From the IMG/VR virus record IMGVR_UViG_3300017950_001657: 64,000 nucleotides of DNA. One strand, given 5' to 3'. Shown piece after piece: positions 19,117 to 29,401 of the stretch. Below the pieces are notes generated by a model, which saw only the letters and a program-made list of their open reading frames with translations, had not been told where the DNA came from and did no database searches. The translations under genes and the position numbers were made by a program. This DNA comes from an uncultured virus (IMG/VR IMGVR_UViG_3300017950_001657) (taxonomy: Duplodnaviria > Heunggongvirae > Uroviricota > Caudoviricetes). Position 1 is the stretch's first letter. Every line of letters starts with the position of its first letter.

Positions 19117-19337
19117 ATCAAAAGAAACCTTATCAACAACTAGCATGGTTGGGAACTGCTGCAATTCTAGTAGGATCAGTTCTTGCAGCCTTTAATGTTT
19201 TTCCGTTATACTTGTATGTGTTTCTGGTAGCTAATGCTATCTGGGCACTCGTAGGATGGCTGTGGCGGGAACAAAGCCTAGTAGTACTAAATGCTGGTAT
19301 TACTGTGGTTTATATAGCAGGGTTGGTGTTTAAGTAA
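19113..19337 (+). CDS. Small membrane protein
   Basis: Three hydrophobic segments, coupled on both sides. Confidence 0.65.
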   Translation: MNQKKPYQQLAWLGTAAILVGSVLAAFNVFPLYLYVFLVANAIWALVGWLWREQSLVVLNAGITVVYIAGLVFK

Positions 19338-22012
19338 TGTATGTAGATGCATATTTTGATAGGGGACATGATCGTATAAATGTAGTAGAACGTGTGGATG
19401 GCAGAAGAGAGTATAGAGAGTTTCCTGCTAACTACGTGTTCTATTACAACGATCCACGTGGCAAATTTCAGACTATCTATGGAAATAGAGTAAGTCGTTT
19501 CAGTACACGTAACGGCAAAGAGTTCCAGAAAGAACTTAAAATGCATGGCAAACAAGGAATCTGGGAGAGCGACATCAATCCAGTATTCCGCTGTTTGGCA
19601 GAAAACTATTTGGGCGTGGATGCTCCTGAACTACAAACCTGCTTTTTTGATATCGAGGTAGACTTTGATCCCGAACGTGGCTATAGCAGTACAGACGATC
19701 CCTTTAATGCTATAACAAGTATCAGTCTTTACTTGAACTGGATCAATAAACTAGTTACACTGGCTGTACCTCCCAAAAGTTTGAGTATGGAGAGTGCTAA
19801 AGATATTGTGAAGGATTTTGACAACACGATCCTGTTTGAACGTGAAAGTGAGATGCTGGAGGTATTCCTAGATCTCATTGATGACGCAGATATCCTAAGC
19901 GGTTGGAACTCAGAAGGATACGATATTCCTTACACAGTTAATCGCATTATCCGTGTGCTCAGCAAAGATGATACACGCCGCTTTTGTTTGTGGGGTCAGT
20001 TACCACGTGAACGCAAGTTTGAACGTTTTGGTAAGGAACAGTTTACTTTTGATATTATAGGCAGACAGCATCTGGACTATATGCAGTTGTATCGCAAGTA
20101 TACATATCATGAGATGCACAGTTACAGTTTGGATGCTATTGGCGAGTATGAACTAGGTGAGCGCAAAGTTGCCTATGAGGGTACGCTGGATCAGTTGTAC
20201 AATCAGGACTTTTACACGTTTATTGACTATAACAGGCAGGACACCATGCTCCTGCATAAGTTGGATACCAAGCTAAAGTTTATTGATCTTAGTAACGAGC
20301 TAGCTCACGCTAACACTGTTTTACTTCCTACTACAATGGGCGCGGTTGCTGTTACAGAACAGGCAATTATTAACGAAGCACATGAACAGGGTTTGATTGT
20401 TCCCAATAAAAAGGACGCAGGTGAAAAGCATACAGCAGCAGGTGCATATGTTGCAGATCCTAAAAAAGGTATTCACGAATGGATTGGTTCAATTGACTTA
20501 AACAGTCTATATCCTAGTGCAATTCGTGCTCTTAACATGGCACCAGAAACTATCGTGGGCCAACTACGTCCCATAATGACAGACAATGAGTTAGGCAGAC
20601 GTATATCTGAAGATGGTGCTTCATTCGCTGGTAGTTGGGAAAACATGTTTGGTACGCTAGAGTATAAGGCAGTGATGGCTGGCGAGCGTGGAACGGAAAT
20701 TACTATTGATTGGGAAACCGGCGGATCGGATACTCTTAGTGCTGCTGAAGTTTGGCGTTTAATCTTTGACAGTAATAATCCCTGGATACTTACTGCTAAT
20801 GGTACAATCTTTACATACGAGAAAAAAGGTGTAATCCCAGCACTCCTAGAACGCTGGTATGCTGAACGTAAAGAACTGCAAGCGAAAATGCGTGAAGCAA
20901 CTGGCGAGGAACGTGCGTTCTGGGACAAGCGACAGCTAGTTAAGAAGATTAACCTTAACAGTTTGTATGGCGCTATTCTTAATCCATACTGTCGTTTCTT
21001 TGACCGTCGTATTGGACAGTCCACTACACTCACAGGCAGATGTATTGCAAAGCATATGAGTGCAAAGACTAACGAGCTACTCACAGGCAAATACGATCAC
21101 GTGGGTGATACAATCATATATGGTGACACTGACTCTGTATATTTTAGTGCTTGGCCAGTAATTCGTGATCAAGTTGAACGTGGAGAAATGCGCTGGGGCA
21201 AGGATGAATGTGTAGCATTATACGATACTATTGCAGATGAAGTGAACACTACATTTCCAGCATTCATGGAAAAAGACTTCCACTGTCCGCGTAAAAATGG
21301 CGAGATCATTGCTGCCGGCAGAGAAATCATTGGCAGCCGCGGCATCTTTATTACAAAGAAGCGTTATGCAGTACTAGTGTATGATCAGGAAGGTTATCGT
21401 ACAGACAAAGATGGCAAGCCTGGCAAAGTAAAGGCTATGGGACTGGATCTCAAGCGTAGTGATACACCTAAGGTTATGCAGGACTTTATGAGTGAGCTAC
21501 TTGAAGAAGTACTGGATGGCAAGGGGTCCGAACATGCCGTGGAACGTATTCTAGAATTCAAACGTGATTTTGCTAATCTCCCAGGCTGGGAAAAGGGCAC
21601 ACCCAAGCGTGTTAATAACCTAACCAAGTTTACTAACCTAGAGTGGGGCAAAGAAGACGGCAAAGAAGTATACAAGGGCAAAGCAAACATGCCCGGACAT
21701 GTCAGGGCCGCTATTAACTGGAACCGTCTAAAGAAAATGCATGGCGACAACTACAGCATGAATATTGTGGACGGTATGAAAACTATCGTATGCAAACTCA
21801 AAGACAATCCCTTGGGTTACACCAGCGTTGGCTATCCAGTGGACGAACTAAACCTACCTAACTGGTTTAAAGAACTTCCGTTTAATCATAAGGAAATGGA
21901 AGCAACTATTGTAGATCAAAAGCTAGATAACTTGTTGGGAGAGCTTGGCTGGAACTTAACACAAAAGACACAAATACATAGCACGTTTGAAAGTTTATTT
22001 ACATTTGAGTAA
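19337..22012 (+). CDS. Family B DNA polymerase with 3'-5' exonuclease
   Basis: FDIEV exo I, DLNSLYPS, KINLNSLYG, YGDTDS and KKRY motifs; no intein. Confidence 0.97.
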   Translation: MYVDAYFDRGHDRINVVERVDGRREYREFPANYVFYYNDPRGKFQTIYGNRVSRFSTRNGKEFQKELKMHGKQGIWESDINPVFRCLAENYLGVDAPELQTCFFDIEVDFDPERGYSSTDDPFNAITSISLYLNWINKLVTLAVPPKSLSMESAKDIVKDFDNTILFERESEMLEVFLDLIDDADILSGWNSEGYDIPYTVNRIIRVLSKDDTRRFCLWGQLPRERKFERFGKEQFTFDIIGRQHLDYMQLYRKYTYHEMHSYSLDAIGEYELGERKVAYEGTLDQLYNQDFYTFIDYNRQDTMLLHKLDTKLKFIDLSNELAHANTVLLPTTMGAVAVTEQAIINEAHEQGLIVPNKKDAGEKHTAAGAYVADPKKGIHEWIGSIDLNSLYPSAIRALNMAPETIVGQLRPIMTDNELGRRISEDGASFAGSWENMFGTLEYKAVMAGERGTEITIDWETGGSDTLSAAEVWRLIFDSNNPWILTANGTIFTYEKKGVIPALLERWYAERKELQAKMREATGEERAFWDKRQLVKKINLNSLYGAILNPYCRFFDRRIGQSTTLTGRCIAKHMSAKTNELLTGKYDHVGDTIIYGDTDSVYFSAWPVIRDQVERGEMRWGKDECVALYDTIADEVNTTFPAFMEKDFHCPRKNGEIIAAGREIIGSRGIFITKKRYAVLVYDQEGYRTDKDGKPGKVKAMGLDLKRSDTPKVMQDFMSELLEEVLDGKGSEHAVERILEFKRDFANLPGWEKGTPKRVNNLTKFTNLEWGKEDGKEVYKGKANMPGHVRAAINWNRLKKMHGDNYSMNIVDGMKTIVCKLKDNPLGYTSVGYPVDELNLPNWFKELPFNHKEMEATIVDQKLDNLLGELGWNLTQKTQIHSTFESLFTFE

Positions 22013-22020
22013 TAATAGCA

Positions 22021-22028
22021 TATAAATA
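22021..22028 (+). promoter_or_regulatory. T4-type late promoter
   Basis: TATAAATA followed by GGAG and ATG 22046. Confidence 0.7.
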
Positions 22029-22045
22029 CCCATGGAGATAGTGCC

Positions 22046-22984
22046 ATGGAAAGCAGATTTATACAAAAGTTTCTAAGACTAGACCTAGTAAAAAGGTCAA
22101 TAAGCAAGCTTGGGTTCGACTTTTCCCAGGAACTAATCCAGGATCGCGAACTAATAAATTATAACAAAGAATTTTTTGCTAATAACGAGAATTTCCACGC
22201 AGCACTTGTAGCATTAGATAACCTAGAAAAAGCTAAATCTGAATATGATAACTCTATTTCCAAAATTTGCAATGATGTAGAAGATATATTTAGAAGGCGT
22301 GAGCTCCGCATCTTACAGACCGATTATCATAACTTCGAAACTCGCACACTGACCTTTGAAGAGTACATTAGCAGTAATAATGTTTTAAGTCTGGCAGCTA
22401 AAGATTTTATAATATCAGAAATACAAAGTAAAAGTGATTGGCAGTTTGCAGCAGTAGACCTTAATCCAGTAGATGGTGAATTTACTAGAATGATGACTGC
22501 TAATGATCCACTATATGTAATTTATAGAGACGAAAATCATAAAGAAATTGTTAGAAAAAAGTTTAATGAATTCTATGGCACACGAAGGTTAAGAGCATAC
22601 ACTGATATTAACGAACTTCCAGATAACCAACTCGGTTTAGCATATTGCTTCAATATGTTCGAGCTTATGCCTTTAGACCCTATTAAAGAGTTTTGTAAAA
22701 CGCTGTTCCAAAAAATGCGTCCGGGTGGTACATTCATTTTCAGTTATACAGACTGTAGCCAAAGGGCAACTATAGAAATGTTACCTTATGAAGGGCGAGC
22801 TTACAACACCAAAGAAGCAATGAAAGGTACGATGTTTAGTTTAGGCTGGGACATTGTAAGTGCTGACAGCATCGAACAAATATTCAGTTATATGATTTTT
22901 AAGCGTCCGGGCGAGCTAGGATCTATTAAATTAAACACACCGAGTGTTGATATCGCAAAAGTTATTGACTCACAATCCAAATAA
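22046..22984 (+). CDS. Coiled-coil plus class I SAM-methyltransferase-like protein
   Basis: C-terminal MRPGGTFIFSY motif; SAM-binding motif degenerate. Confidence 0.5.
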   Translation: MESRFIQKFLRLDLVKRSISKLGFDFSQELIQDRELINYNKEFFANNENFHAALVALDNLEKAKSEYDNSISKICNDVEDIFRRRELRILQTDYHNFETRTLTFEEYISSNNVLSLAAKDFIISEIQSKSDWQFAAVDLNPVDGEFTRMMTANDPLYVIYRDENHKEIVRKKFNEFYGTRRLRAYTDINELPDNQLGLAYCFNMFELMPLDPIKEFCKTLFQKMRPGGTFIFSYTDCSQRATIEMLPYEGRAYNTKEAMKGTMFSLGWDIVSADSIEQIFSYMIFKRPGELGSIKLNTPSVDIAKVIDSQSK

Positions 22985-22993
22985 TCTTACAAT
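22965..22993 (+). promoter_or_regulatory. Sigma70-type promoter
   Basis: TTGACT-N17-TACAAT; 24/29 identical to the queD promoter. Confidence 0.75.
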
Positions 22994-23024
22994 AAACTAT
23001 CAACTTTAACAAAAGGAACAATCT

Positions 23025-23756
23025 ATGAAAGATTATCTACTTGATGTTGTGCAGCATACGCACAGCCTAGGCTTTATTGATCTGGTTAAGATCACAGGAA
23101 CTGACGACGAAACACTTGTTGAGGGTCTAGCAGAAGACCGTTCAGTTATTCTCAAAGGCAAGTTTCACAAGCCAGTACCAGAGTTTATGGGTACATTTGG
23201 TATGCCCAACTTGAGTACCCTAAACACAATCCTCCGTATTACTGAGTATGCTGAAAACGAAAAGATTTCAATTAACACACAGGAACGTAATGGTGAGACA
23301 GTACCAGTTGGCGTACACTTTGAGAACGCTACCGGCGACTTCCAGAACGATTATCGTTTTATGGCAAGTGAGATTGTAAATGACAAGCTCAAGACAGTAC
23401 AGATGAAGAACGTAAACTGGGGTGTAGAGTTTGAACCCTCAGTAGCAAGCGTACAGCGTCTCAAGATGATGATCAGTGCTAATAGTACCGAGACTGTGTT
23501 CGTTGCTCGTACCGAAGGCAAGGACCTCAAGTTTACTTTTGGTGATGCTAGCACACATGCCGGTAACTTCGTATTTCAACATGATGTTGGTGGTAAACTA
23601 AGCAAGGGCTGGGCGTGGCCAGTTGAGCAGGTTAGCAAGATCCTAAGCCTAAGTGGTGATGTAAACTACAAGATCAGTGATGACGGTGTTAGCCAGATTA
23701 GTGTTGACAGTGGACTTGGTGTTTATGACTATCTACTACCTGCACAAACAAAGTAA
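23025..23756 (+). CDS. Putative sliding clamp (gp45-like)
   Basis: 243 aa, acidic alpha/beta pattern, near polB, C-terminal YLLPA; recalled resemblance to jumbo-phage clamps. Confidence 0.55.
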   Translation: MKDYLLDVVQHTHSLGFIDLVKITGTDDETLVEGLAEDRSVILKGKFHKPVPEFMGTFGMPNLSTLNTILRITEYAENEKISINTQERNGETVPVGVHFENATGDFQNDYRFMASEIVNDKLKTVQMKNVNWGVEFEPSVASVQRLKMMISANSTETVFVARTEGKDLKFTFGDASTHAGNFVFQHDVGGKLSKGWAWPVEQVSKILSLSGDVNYKISDDGVSQISVDSGLGVYDYLLPAQTK

Positions 23757-24382
23757 TGCACTTTTCCGTAAAACTTCTGCCCATACTGATAAGTCCACAA
23801 CTAGACTGCATTTGGATTAATATTCCAAAGAACGCTAGCAGTTTTATGCAGAAGATACTACAGGATAATGGCTGGCGTGAGCCAGATTCTAGTATACGGC
23901 TTGATCTATTAAACAGCAGTATTCGTAAACTTTGTATTTTTAGAAATCCTGTTGAAAGATGGATCAGCGGTTTTGCAGAATGTTTTATGGATATGCCGGA
24001 GATCATTGATTTATTAGACACCCCAGCATTTATAAAAGTCGTAGAGCGTTCTCCAATATTTGATAATCATACAGAATTGCAGAGTACATTTGTAATTAAT
24101 TCCACAAATCTAGAATATATTCATTTAAGATCTGTAGTCGACGCCAATAGTTTTTTTACTAACGTGGAACAGTGGATAAAAGAGAACGGTGGTCAGGCTG
24201 ACTGTGGTAGATGGCAGGATCCAATAAACCCCAGTAGCAATGACGAAATAAAGCATATGATTAACAAGAAATTGAAAAAAATAGTCGAACAGAATACACT
24301 TCTAAGAGCATCGTTAGATAATTTTTTCTCTCCTGATGTAGAATTGATTAATAAAGCAAGAAGAATATCCTATGGAAACTAA
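23756..24382 (+). CDS. Sulfotransferase family 2-like protein
   Basis: IPKNASS (5'-PSB) and RNPVERWISG (3'-PB) motifs. Confidence 0.7.
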   Translation: MHFSVKLLPILISPQLDCIWINIPKNASSFMQKILQDNGWREPDSSIRLDLLNSSIRKLCIFRNPVERWISGFAECFMDMPEIIDLLDTPAFIKVVERSPIFDNHTELQSTFVINSTNLEYIHLRSVVDANSFFTNVEQWIKENGGQADCGRWQDPINPSSNDEIKHMINKKLKKIVEQNTLLRASLDNFFSPDVELINKARRISYGN

Positions 24383-25829
24383 CCTAACTGCACAACAATC
24401 AGACTATGCTGTGTTCCTCCCAGCACTCAGTAGTTTTTATTCTACGTTTGTGGGTAGACAGCGATATGAAAACTATGTTGATCCAGCACGTATTCCCAGT
24501 CACTTTACTAACGGTTTAGAGAGTGGTAACTGGTTGAGTAATGATGGTCTGTTTAATTACAAGTGGAGTCTGTATAGTTCAGGACATGTGGACTTAGACA
24601 CTACCAAGCATCTCCCTAAAGAAGCAATGATACGTGAACGTGATCGTAGCACAAGTTTTATTGTTGGTGACTCAGGTGGATATCAGATTGGTAAGGGTGT
24701 ATGGGAAGCAGACTGGAAGGATCCCAACTGTCCTAAAGCTCACGCCAAACGTGACGCTGTTCTAAAGTGGATGGATGCCTATATGGATTACGGCATGACA
24801 CTTGATGTTCCAAGTTGGTTACAGCGTAGTAGTCAGGAAGCCAGAGATCGTACCGGCATTCATAGCTATGAAGATGCGTGTTCAGCAACTGAGATCAATA
24901 ATGAATATTGGATACGTAATCGCAAGGGGGAATGTCGTTTCCTAAACACACTTCAGGGTGAGAATCATACAGAGGCAGATGACTGGTACAACCGTATGAA
25001 GAAATACTGTGATCCAAAACAGTATGAGAATCACTTTAATGGTTGGGCAATGGGTGGACAAAACGTAAGTGATGTGCACCTTATTCTAAAGCGTATAGTT
25101 ACTCTAATGCGTGATGGCTTACTTGAAAAGGGACTACACGATTGGATGCACGTACTAGGTACTAGTAAACTAGAATGGGCGTGTCTACTAACAGATGTTC
25201 AACGTGCGGTACGCAAACATTACAACGAGAACTTTACTGTCAGCTTTGATTGTGCCAGTCCTTTCCTTGCAGTAGCAAATGGTCAAGTATACTATCAGCT
25301 TACAATGGAAGATCGCAAGCGTTGGAGTTATCGTATGACGAAATGCTTTGACGATAAGAACTTGAGCAAGGATACTACACCGTTTGGACAGGCATTTGTG
25401 CGCGAAGGCTGCGCAGAGTCATTCCATGAAACAGTTGTAAGCAAGGGACTTACAGCAGCAGACATTTGTGCATATAGTCCTGGTGACCTAAATAAAATAG
25501 GCAAGGAAGGACGCACAAGCTGGGATAGTTTTACATACTTCCTACTAATGGCGCACAGTGTAGCCCTTCATATTGAAGCGTGTCAGGAAAGCAATAGACG
25601 TTACGATAAGGGCATTATTCCCAGTATGTTGGTGCAAGAAGACTTTGATCGTGTACTAATGCGTGACATAATTAATGAAATAATTGGTTGCGCGGATTCA
25701 GATAAGGCGTTACAATTAGTAGACGAGTACAGCAAATTATGGATGGAAGCAGTGGGTACTCGAGGTTATACCGGTAAACGTGCTATAAATTCTAATACAA
25801 AATTTTATGATCTTTTCCAAGAGGTTTAG
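24372..25829 (+). CDS. tRNA-guanine transglycosylase-like / DpdA-like base-exchange enzyme
   Basis: TGT catalytic motifs in order: DSGGYQ, MTLD, LQG, WAMGG, HVLG, SFDCASP. Confidence 0.8.
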   Translation: METNLTAQQSDYAVFLPALSSFYSTFVGRQRYENYVDPARIPSHFTNGLESGNWLSNDGLFNYKWSLYSSGHVDLDTTKHLPKEAMIRERDRSTSFIVGDSGGYQIGKGVWEADWKDPNCPKAHAKRDAVLKWMDAYMDYGMTLDVPSWLQRSSQEARDRTGIHSYEDACSATEINNEYWIRNRKGECRFLNTLQGENHTEADDWYNRMKKYCDPKQYENHFNGWAMGGQNVSDVHLILKRIVTLMRDGLLEKGLHDWMHVLGTSKLEWACLLTDVQRAVRKHYNENFTVSFDCASPFLAVANGQVYYQLTMEDRKRWSYRMTKCFDDKNLSKDTTPFGQAFVREGCAESFHETVVSKGLTAADICAYSPGDLNKIGKEGRTSWDSFTYFLLMAHSVALHIEACQESNRRYDKGIIPSMLVQEDFDRVLMRDIINEIIGCADSDKALQLVDEYSKLWMEAVGTRGYTGKRAINSNTKFYDLFQEV

Positions 25830-26051
25830 ATGAATAACATTGATAGGCTAACTGAACAACACAATCGCCTACATGCCAGTGTTGAAAAGCTAGAAAAAGA
25901 ACACGAGCAGTTTCCAGATGATACGGAAATCAAAAACAGGCTTATGGATCTTAAAAAGAAAAAGCTACAAGTAAAAGATAATATTAACCAGCTAATGCGT
26001 GAAGAATATAAGTCACGTGAGCAATTTAATTTCGAGGAATATGACCGATGA
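25830..26051 (+). CDS. Small coiled-coil protein (DUF465/YdcH-like)
   Basis: LKKKKLQVKD motif. Confidence 0.55.
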   Translation: MNNIDRLTEQHNRLHASVEKLEKEHEQFPDDTEIKNRLMDLKKKKLQVKDNINQLMREEYKSREQFNFEEYDR

Positions 26052-26698
26052 GATACTATCGTATTCTAATTCAAGGATATGGCGGTGAGCAGTGCTTCGG
26101 TAGCCTTACCAAGGAACAGTACGACTTCTGGAAGGACATGGAAGAAGAACATATCATCTCTCATATGATTGATCCCCATGAAGAATGTGATGAAAATCCT
26201 GTGTTTGATGATACTGATCCACGATGGATCGGTGAGTACTATGAACAAGAAGATATTATGTGTCTTAGTGCAGCCGCACTAGATACAGCGTACATTACTA
26301 TCGAGGAGCACGATGGTGCTGAATATGATAGCAAGCACGTTAAAGATATCCTTGATGCAACAGACTGGAGCGAGTTATTCAACAAGTATGAAGAACAGGG
26401 TATCGAAGATAACATTACTTACGAATGGGTAAACTTTCCCAAGGATTATCCTGAGGTTAAATATGTTTTCTATGGTGCTAGTATCGAGAAAGGGTGCTTT
26501 GGAGACTATACTGTAGAGCTACCCGATGACGAAGAGTTTGACTTTATGAAACTAAAGTGGTGTCAAACTGAAACACCTAATGGTGAAGACTTTATTGAGT
26601 TACTGTCTTATGGTGAGCAGGAACTGGACAACTGTGGCCACGATACAAATGGAAAAGGCATGGCCGCTGCCGTATGGGAACTAAACAAAAGTGAATAA
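26048..26698 (+). CDS. Highly acidic hypothetical protein
   Basis: Very D/E-rich, 216 aa, ATGA-coupled. Confidence 0.7.
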   Translation: MRYYRILIQGYGGEQCFGSLTKEQYDFWKDMEEEHIISHMIDPHEECDENPVFDDTDPRWIGEYYEQEDIMCLSAAALDTAYITIEEHDGAEYDSKHVKDILDATDWSELFNKYEEQGIEDNITYEWVNFPKDYPEVKYVFYGASIEKGCFGDYTVELPDDEEFDFMKLKWCQTETPNGEDFIELLSYGEQELDNCGHDTNGKGMAAAVWELNKSE

Positions 26699-26849
26699 AA
26701 AACAGTACACAGAATGGGCGTATTCTCAAATGAAAAAGTATGGTATTCCAATGCCCGAAACATATTCAGCTGAGGAAATTAAAAAGTATTGCCCGGATAT
26801 CCCGTCTAAGTTTATTAATAATCATGTAAGGGAAAGAGACAATGGCTGA
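26691..26849 (+). CDS. Small hypothetical protein (52 aa)
   Basis: GTG-start ORF filling the gap and overlapping both neighbours; not in the ORF track. Confidence 0.5.
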   Translation: MNKKQYTEWAYSQMKKYGIPMPETYSAEEIKKYCPDIPSKFINNHVRERDNG

Positions 26850-27297
26850 AACAAGAGAGAGTCATGACGAGTTTATCCTACGTAGTATGCGTGAAGAAGG
26901 TCTAAAGGATCGAGTACGCAAAGCCTCACGTATGGTATGGGTTAAGTTTGAAAAGGAAGGTATGCATCGCTATCCAGCGGCTGCTGATGATCCTAAACTA
27001 GCAACAGGCGATGAATATGATGTAAGTTTCCTTGCACATCCTCATCGTCACATCTTCAAGTTCCGTGTATGGATTGAAGTATTCCATGATGATCGTGACA
27101 TTGAGTTTATTCAGTTTAAACGTTGGATGAATAAACTTTACGAAGGTGAACTTGACGTAGACTTTAAGTCATGTGAAATGCTTTCAGATGACCTTTATTT
27201 AACCATCCAGGATCGCTATCCAGGTCGTGATATTTGGATTGACGTATCCGAAGACGGCGAAAATGGCGCACTAACACAATATTCAAAGGACGTATAA
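26842..27297 (+). CDS. QueD-like T-fold protein (DpdL-type)
   Basis: LxxxHRHxF motif, SCE and EDGENG; lacks the QueD CxxxHG(H/Y) motif. Confidence 0.7.
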   Translation: MAETRESHDEFILRSMREEGLKDRVRKASRMVWVKFEKEGMHRYPAAADDPKLATGDEYDVSFLAHPHRHIFKFRVWIEVFHDDRDIEFIQFKRWMNKLYEGELDVDFKSCEMLSDDLYLTIQDRYPGRDIWIDVSEDGENGALTQYSKDV

Positions 27298-27509
27298 TGA
27301 AAAACGAAGTGCAAAAGGTATTTGATGACCTAGACGATTACAAGCGTTTCTGCACAGTATTTGGTCATCCTTATAATGAGGCTGACCTTTATCGACAGAG
27401 TTCACCAGCATATGCTGAATATGCCGCATTTAAAACTGGCAAGCGTATAAGTAATAACTGGATCAGGGACGCTAAAGTTTTTGGTCGTAACATCTTTGGA
27501 TCACGATAA
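27297..27509 (+). CDS. Hypothetical protein
   Basis: TAATG-coupled, 70 aa. Confidence 0.7.
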   Translation: MKNEVQKVFDDLDDYKRFCTVFGHPYNEADLYRQSSPAYAEYAAFKTGKRISNNWIRDAKVFGRNIFGSR

Positions 27510-27515
27510 GAAGTT

Positions 27516-28565
27516 ATGACTGTCTACTTAATAGATTTAGAAGCTGTTGAAACCCGGTATACTTCCGAGTGGAAACAGTATCTACCTAAACAAATTAAAC
27601 AGAAAACTAAAGAAGATACTGTAGTTATTTCCGGTGGTGAAGTTCCTCAGGCGACTACTCCTGGAGCCTTCCTAAACTTTGCTGGTACTAACAACTATAA
27701 ATCCCAGCAAATGTTAGAAATTAGTACACTGTTTGCCAATGGAGAAGTGAAAGATGGAGATTATTTCCTATATACGGACGCTTGGAACCCAACTGTTATC
27801 CAGCTTCGTTACATGGCTGAGCTACTGGGCGTTAATATTAGAATCGGTGGTCTTTGGCATGCTGGTAGTTATGATCCTGCTGACTTCTTAGGTAGACTGA
27901 TTGGAGCAAAGGCATGGGTAAGGCATGCTGAAGCAAGTATGTTTGAATGTTACGATGATAACTTCTTCGCCAGTGAATTCCACATTGACCTGTTCTGTAG
28001 TGCGTTTACAGCAAATAAAAGTGAGAAGTTTGTTCGAACAGGCTGGCCAATGGAATATGAAAAGAAGCAGATGTCAGCATTTAAGGACATGGAAAAGACT
28101 AATACTATCCTGTTCCCACATCGCATTGCTTCTGAAAAGCAGCCTGAGATATTCCGTGATCTGGCAGAGAGTATGCCAGAATATGAATGGATCACATGTA
28201 TGGAAAAGGGCTACACAAAGGATGATTATCACCGCGCATTAGGTACAGCAAAATTAGTGTTTAGTGCAAACCTACAAGAAACTCTAGGCATCAGTTGGTA
28301 TGAAGGCCTTCTAGTTGATACTATACCAATGGTTCCAGATCGTTTGAGCTATAGTGAAATGGCAATGGATGAGTTTAAGTACCCAAGCGAGTGGACAGAA
28401 AGCTGGGATAAATACTTGGAGCATAAGAACAGCATAATCGAAAGAATAAACGATTATATTCATAACTATGATAGTTATCTTAGTATTATGTCAAAACAAT
28501 CCAAACAACTTTCTGAAAATTATTTCAGTGGCAAACTAATTTACGAACGAATTAAGAATAGATGA
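27516..28565 (+). CDS. GT-B fold (GT4-like) glycosyltransferase
   Basis: HRIASEKQP and QETLGISWYEG (E-x7-E) motifs. Confidence 0.75.
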   Translation: MTVYLIDLEAVETRYTSEWKQYLPKQIKQKTKEDTVVISGGEVPQATTPGAFLNFAGTNNYKSQQMLEISTLFANGEVKDGDYFLYTDAWNPTVIQLRYMAELLGVNIRIGGLWHAGSYDPADFLGRLIGAKAWVRHAEASMFECYDDNFFASEFHIDLFCSAFTANKSEKFVRTGWPMEYEKKQMSAFKDMEKTNTILFPHRIASEKQPEIFRDLAESMPEYEWITCMEKGYTKDDYHRALGTAKLVFSANLQETLGISWYEGLLVDTIPMVPDRLSYSEMAMDEFKYPSEWTESWDKYLEHKNSIIERINDYIHNYDSYLSIMSKQSKQLSENYFSGKLIYERIKNR

Positions 28566-29401
28566 ACATTCTTTTAATCGGCGGCGCCGGATTTATAGGA
28601 AAACACCTAGAGCGTGACCTTGTACAAGATCATACTATATGGAGTATCGATAAAAGTTTTGGTACCAATGTAAACAATAATCAGGACTTGGAACTAATTA
28701 GCCCTGATTATGATTGTGTTATATTTCTAGCAGCGGAACCAAACCTAGCCGCAGTAAAACGCAACCCTATTGAAGCTACACATACACTTACAACAGGACT
28801 TATAAATTGCTTAGAGCGTTTTAAAAACAGTCATTTCGTTTATTTTAGTAGCAGTATGGTTTACGGTAATTGGGATGGGCATTCCACAAAATTGGAATAT
28901 GACCATCCGGCACCAATTGACTTGTACGGCAGACTTAAACTAGTAGGTGAAGGACTAGTTAAAGAACTACACGATAACTGGACTATTGTTAGACCCACAG
29001 CAGTTTATGGTGTGGGCGATGATCCAAAACGTGTACTACCTACTTTTATCCGCATTGCTCGCAGTGGTGGAGAAATTGAAGTAAAAGGTGTAGATAACTG
29101 TTTGGACTTTACTCATGTAAGTGATGTGGTTCAGGCTGTTAGACTTATTATCGAAAAGCATGACAGTTTGTCCTACAACAAAAATATTTTCAATGTAAGT
29201 TATGGTCAAAGTCACGCACTGGATATTATTGCAGAATATATCTGCACACTGGTTGGATCTGGATCTTATAAGATTGTTGACCGCGATTATGACTACCCTA
29301 AACGTGGCGCACTTGACATTCAAAAGGCTAGAACAGAACTTGGTTACCATCCCAAGGTTAATGTTCAAGCAGGTATTAAAAAGTTATTGGAGGAACTATG
29401 A
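28562..29401 (+). CDS. NAD-dependent epimerase/dehydratase
   Basis: GGAGFIG, SSSMVYG and YGRLK. Confidence 0.9.
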   Translation: MNILLIGGAGFIGKHLERDLVQDHTIWSIDKSFGTNVNNNQDLELISPDYDCVIFLAAEPNLAAVKRNPIEATHTLTTGLINCLERFKNSHFVYFSSSMVYGNWDGHSTKLEYDHPAPIDLYGRLKLVGEGLVKELHDNWTIVRPTAVYGVGDDPKRVLPTFIRIARSGGEIEVKGVDNCLDFTHVSDVVQAVRLIIEKHDSLSYNKNIFNVSYGQSHALDIIAEYICTLVGSGSYKIVDRDYDYPKRGALDIQKARTELGYHPKVNVQAGIKKLLEEL

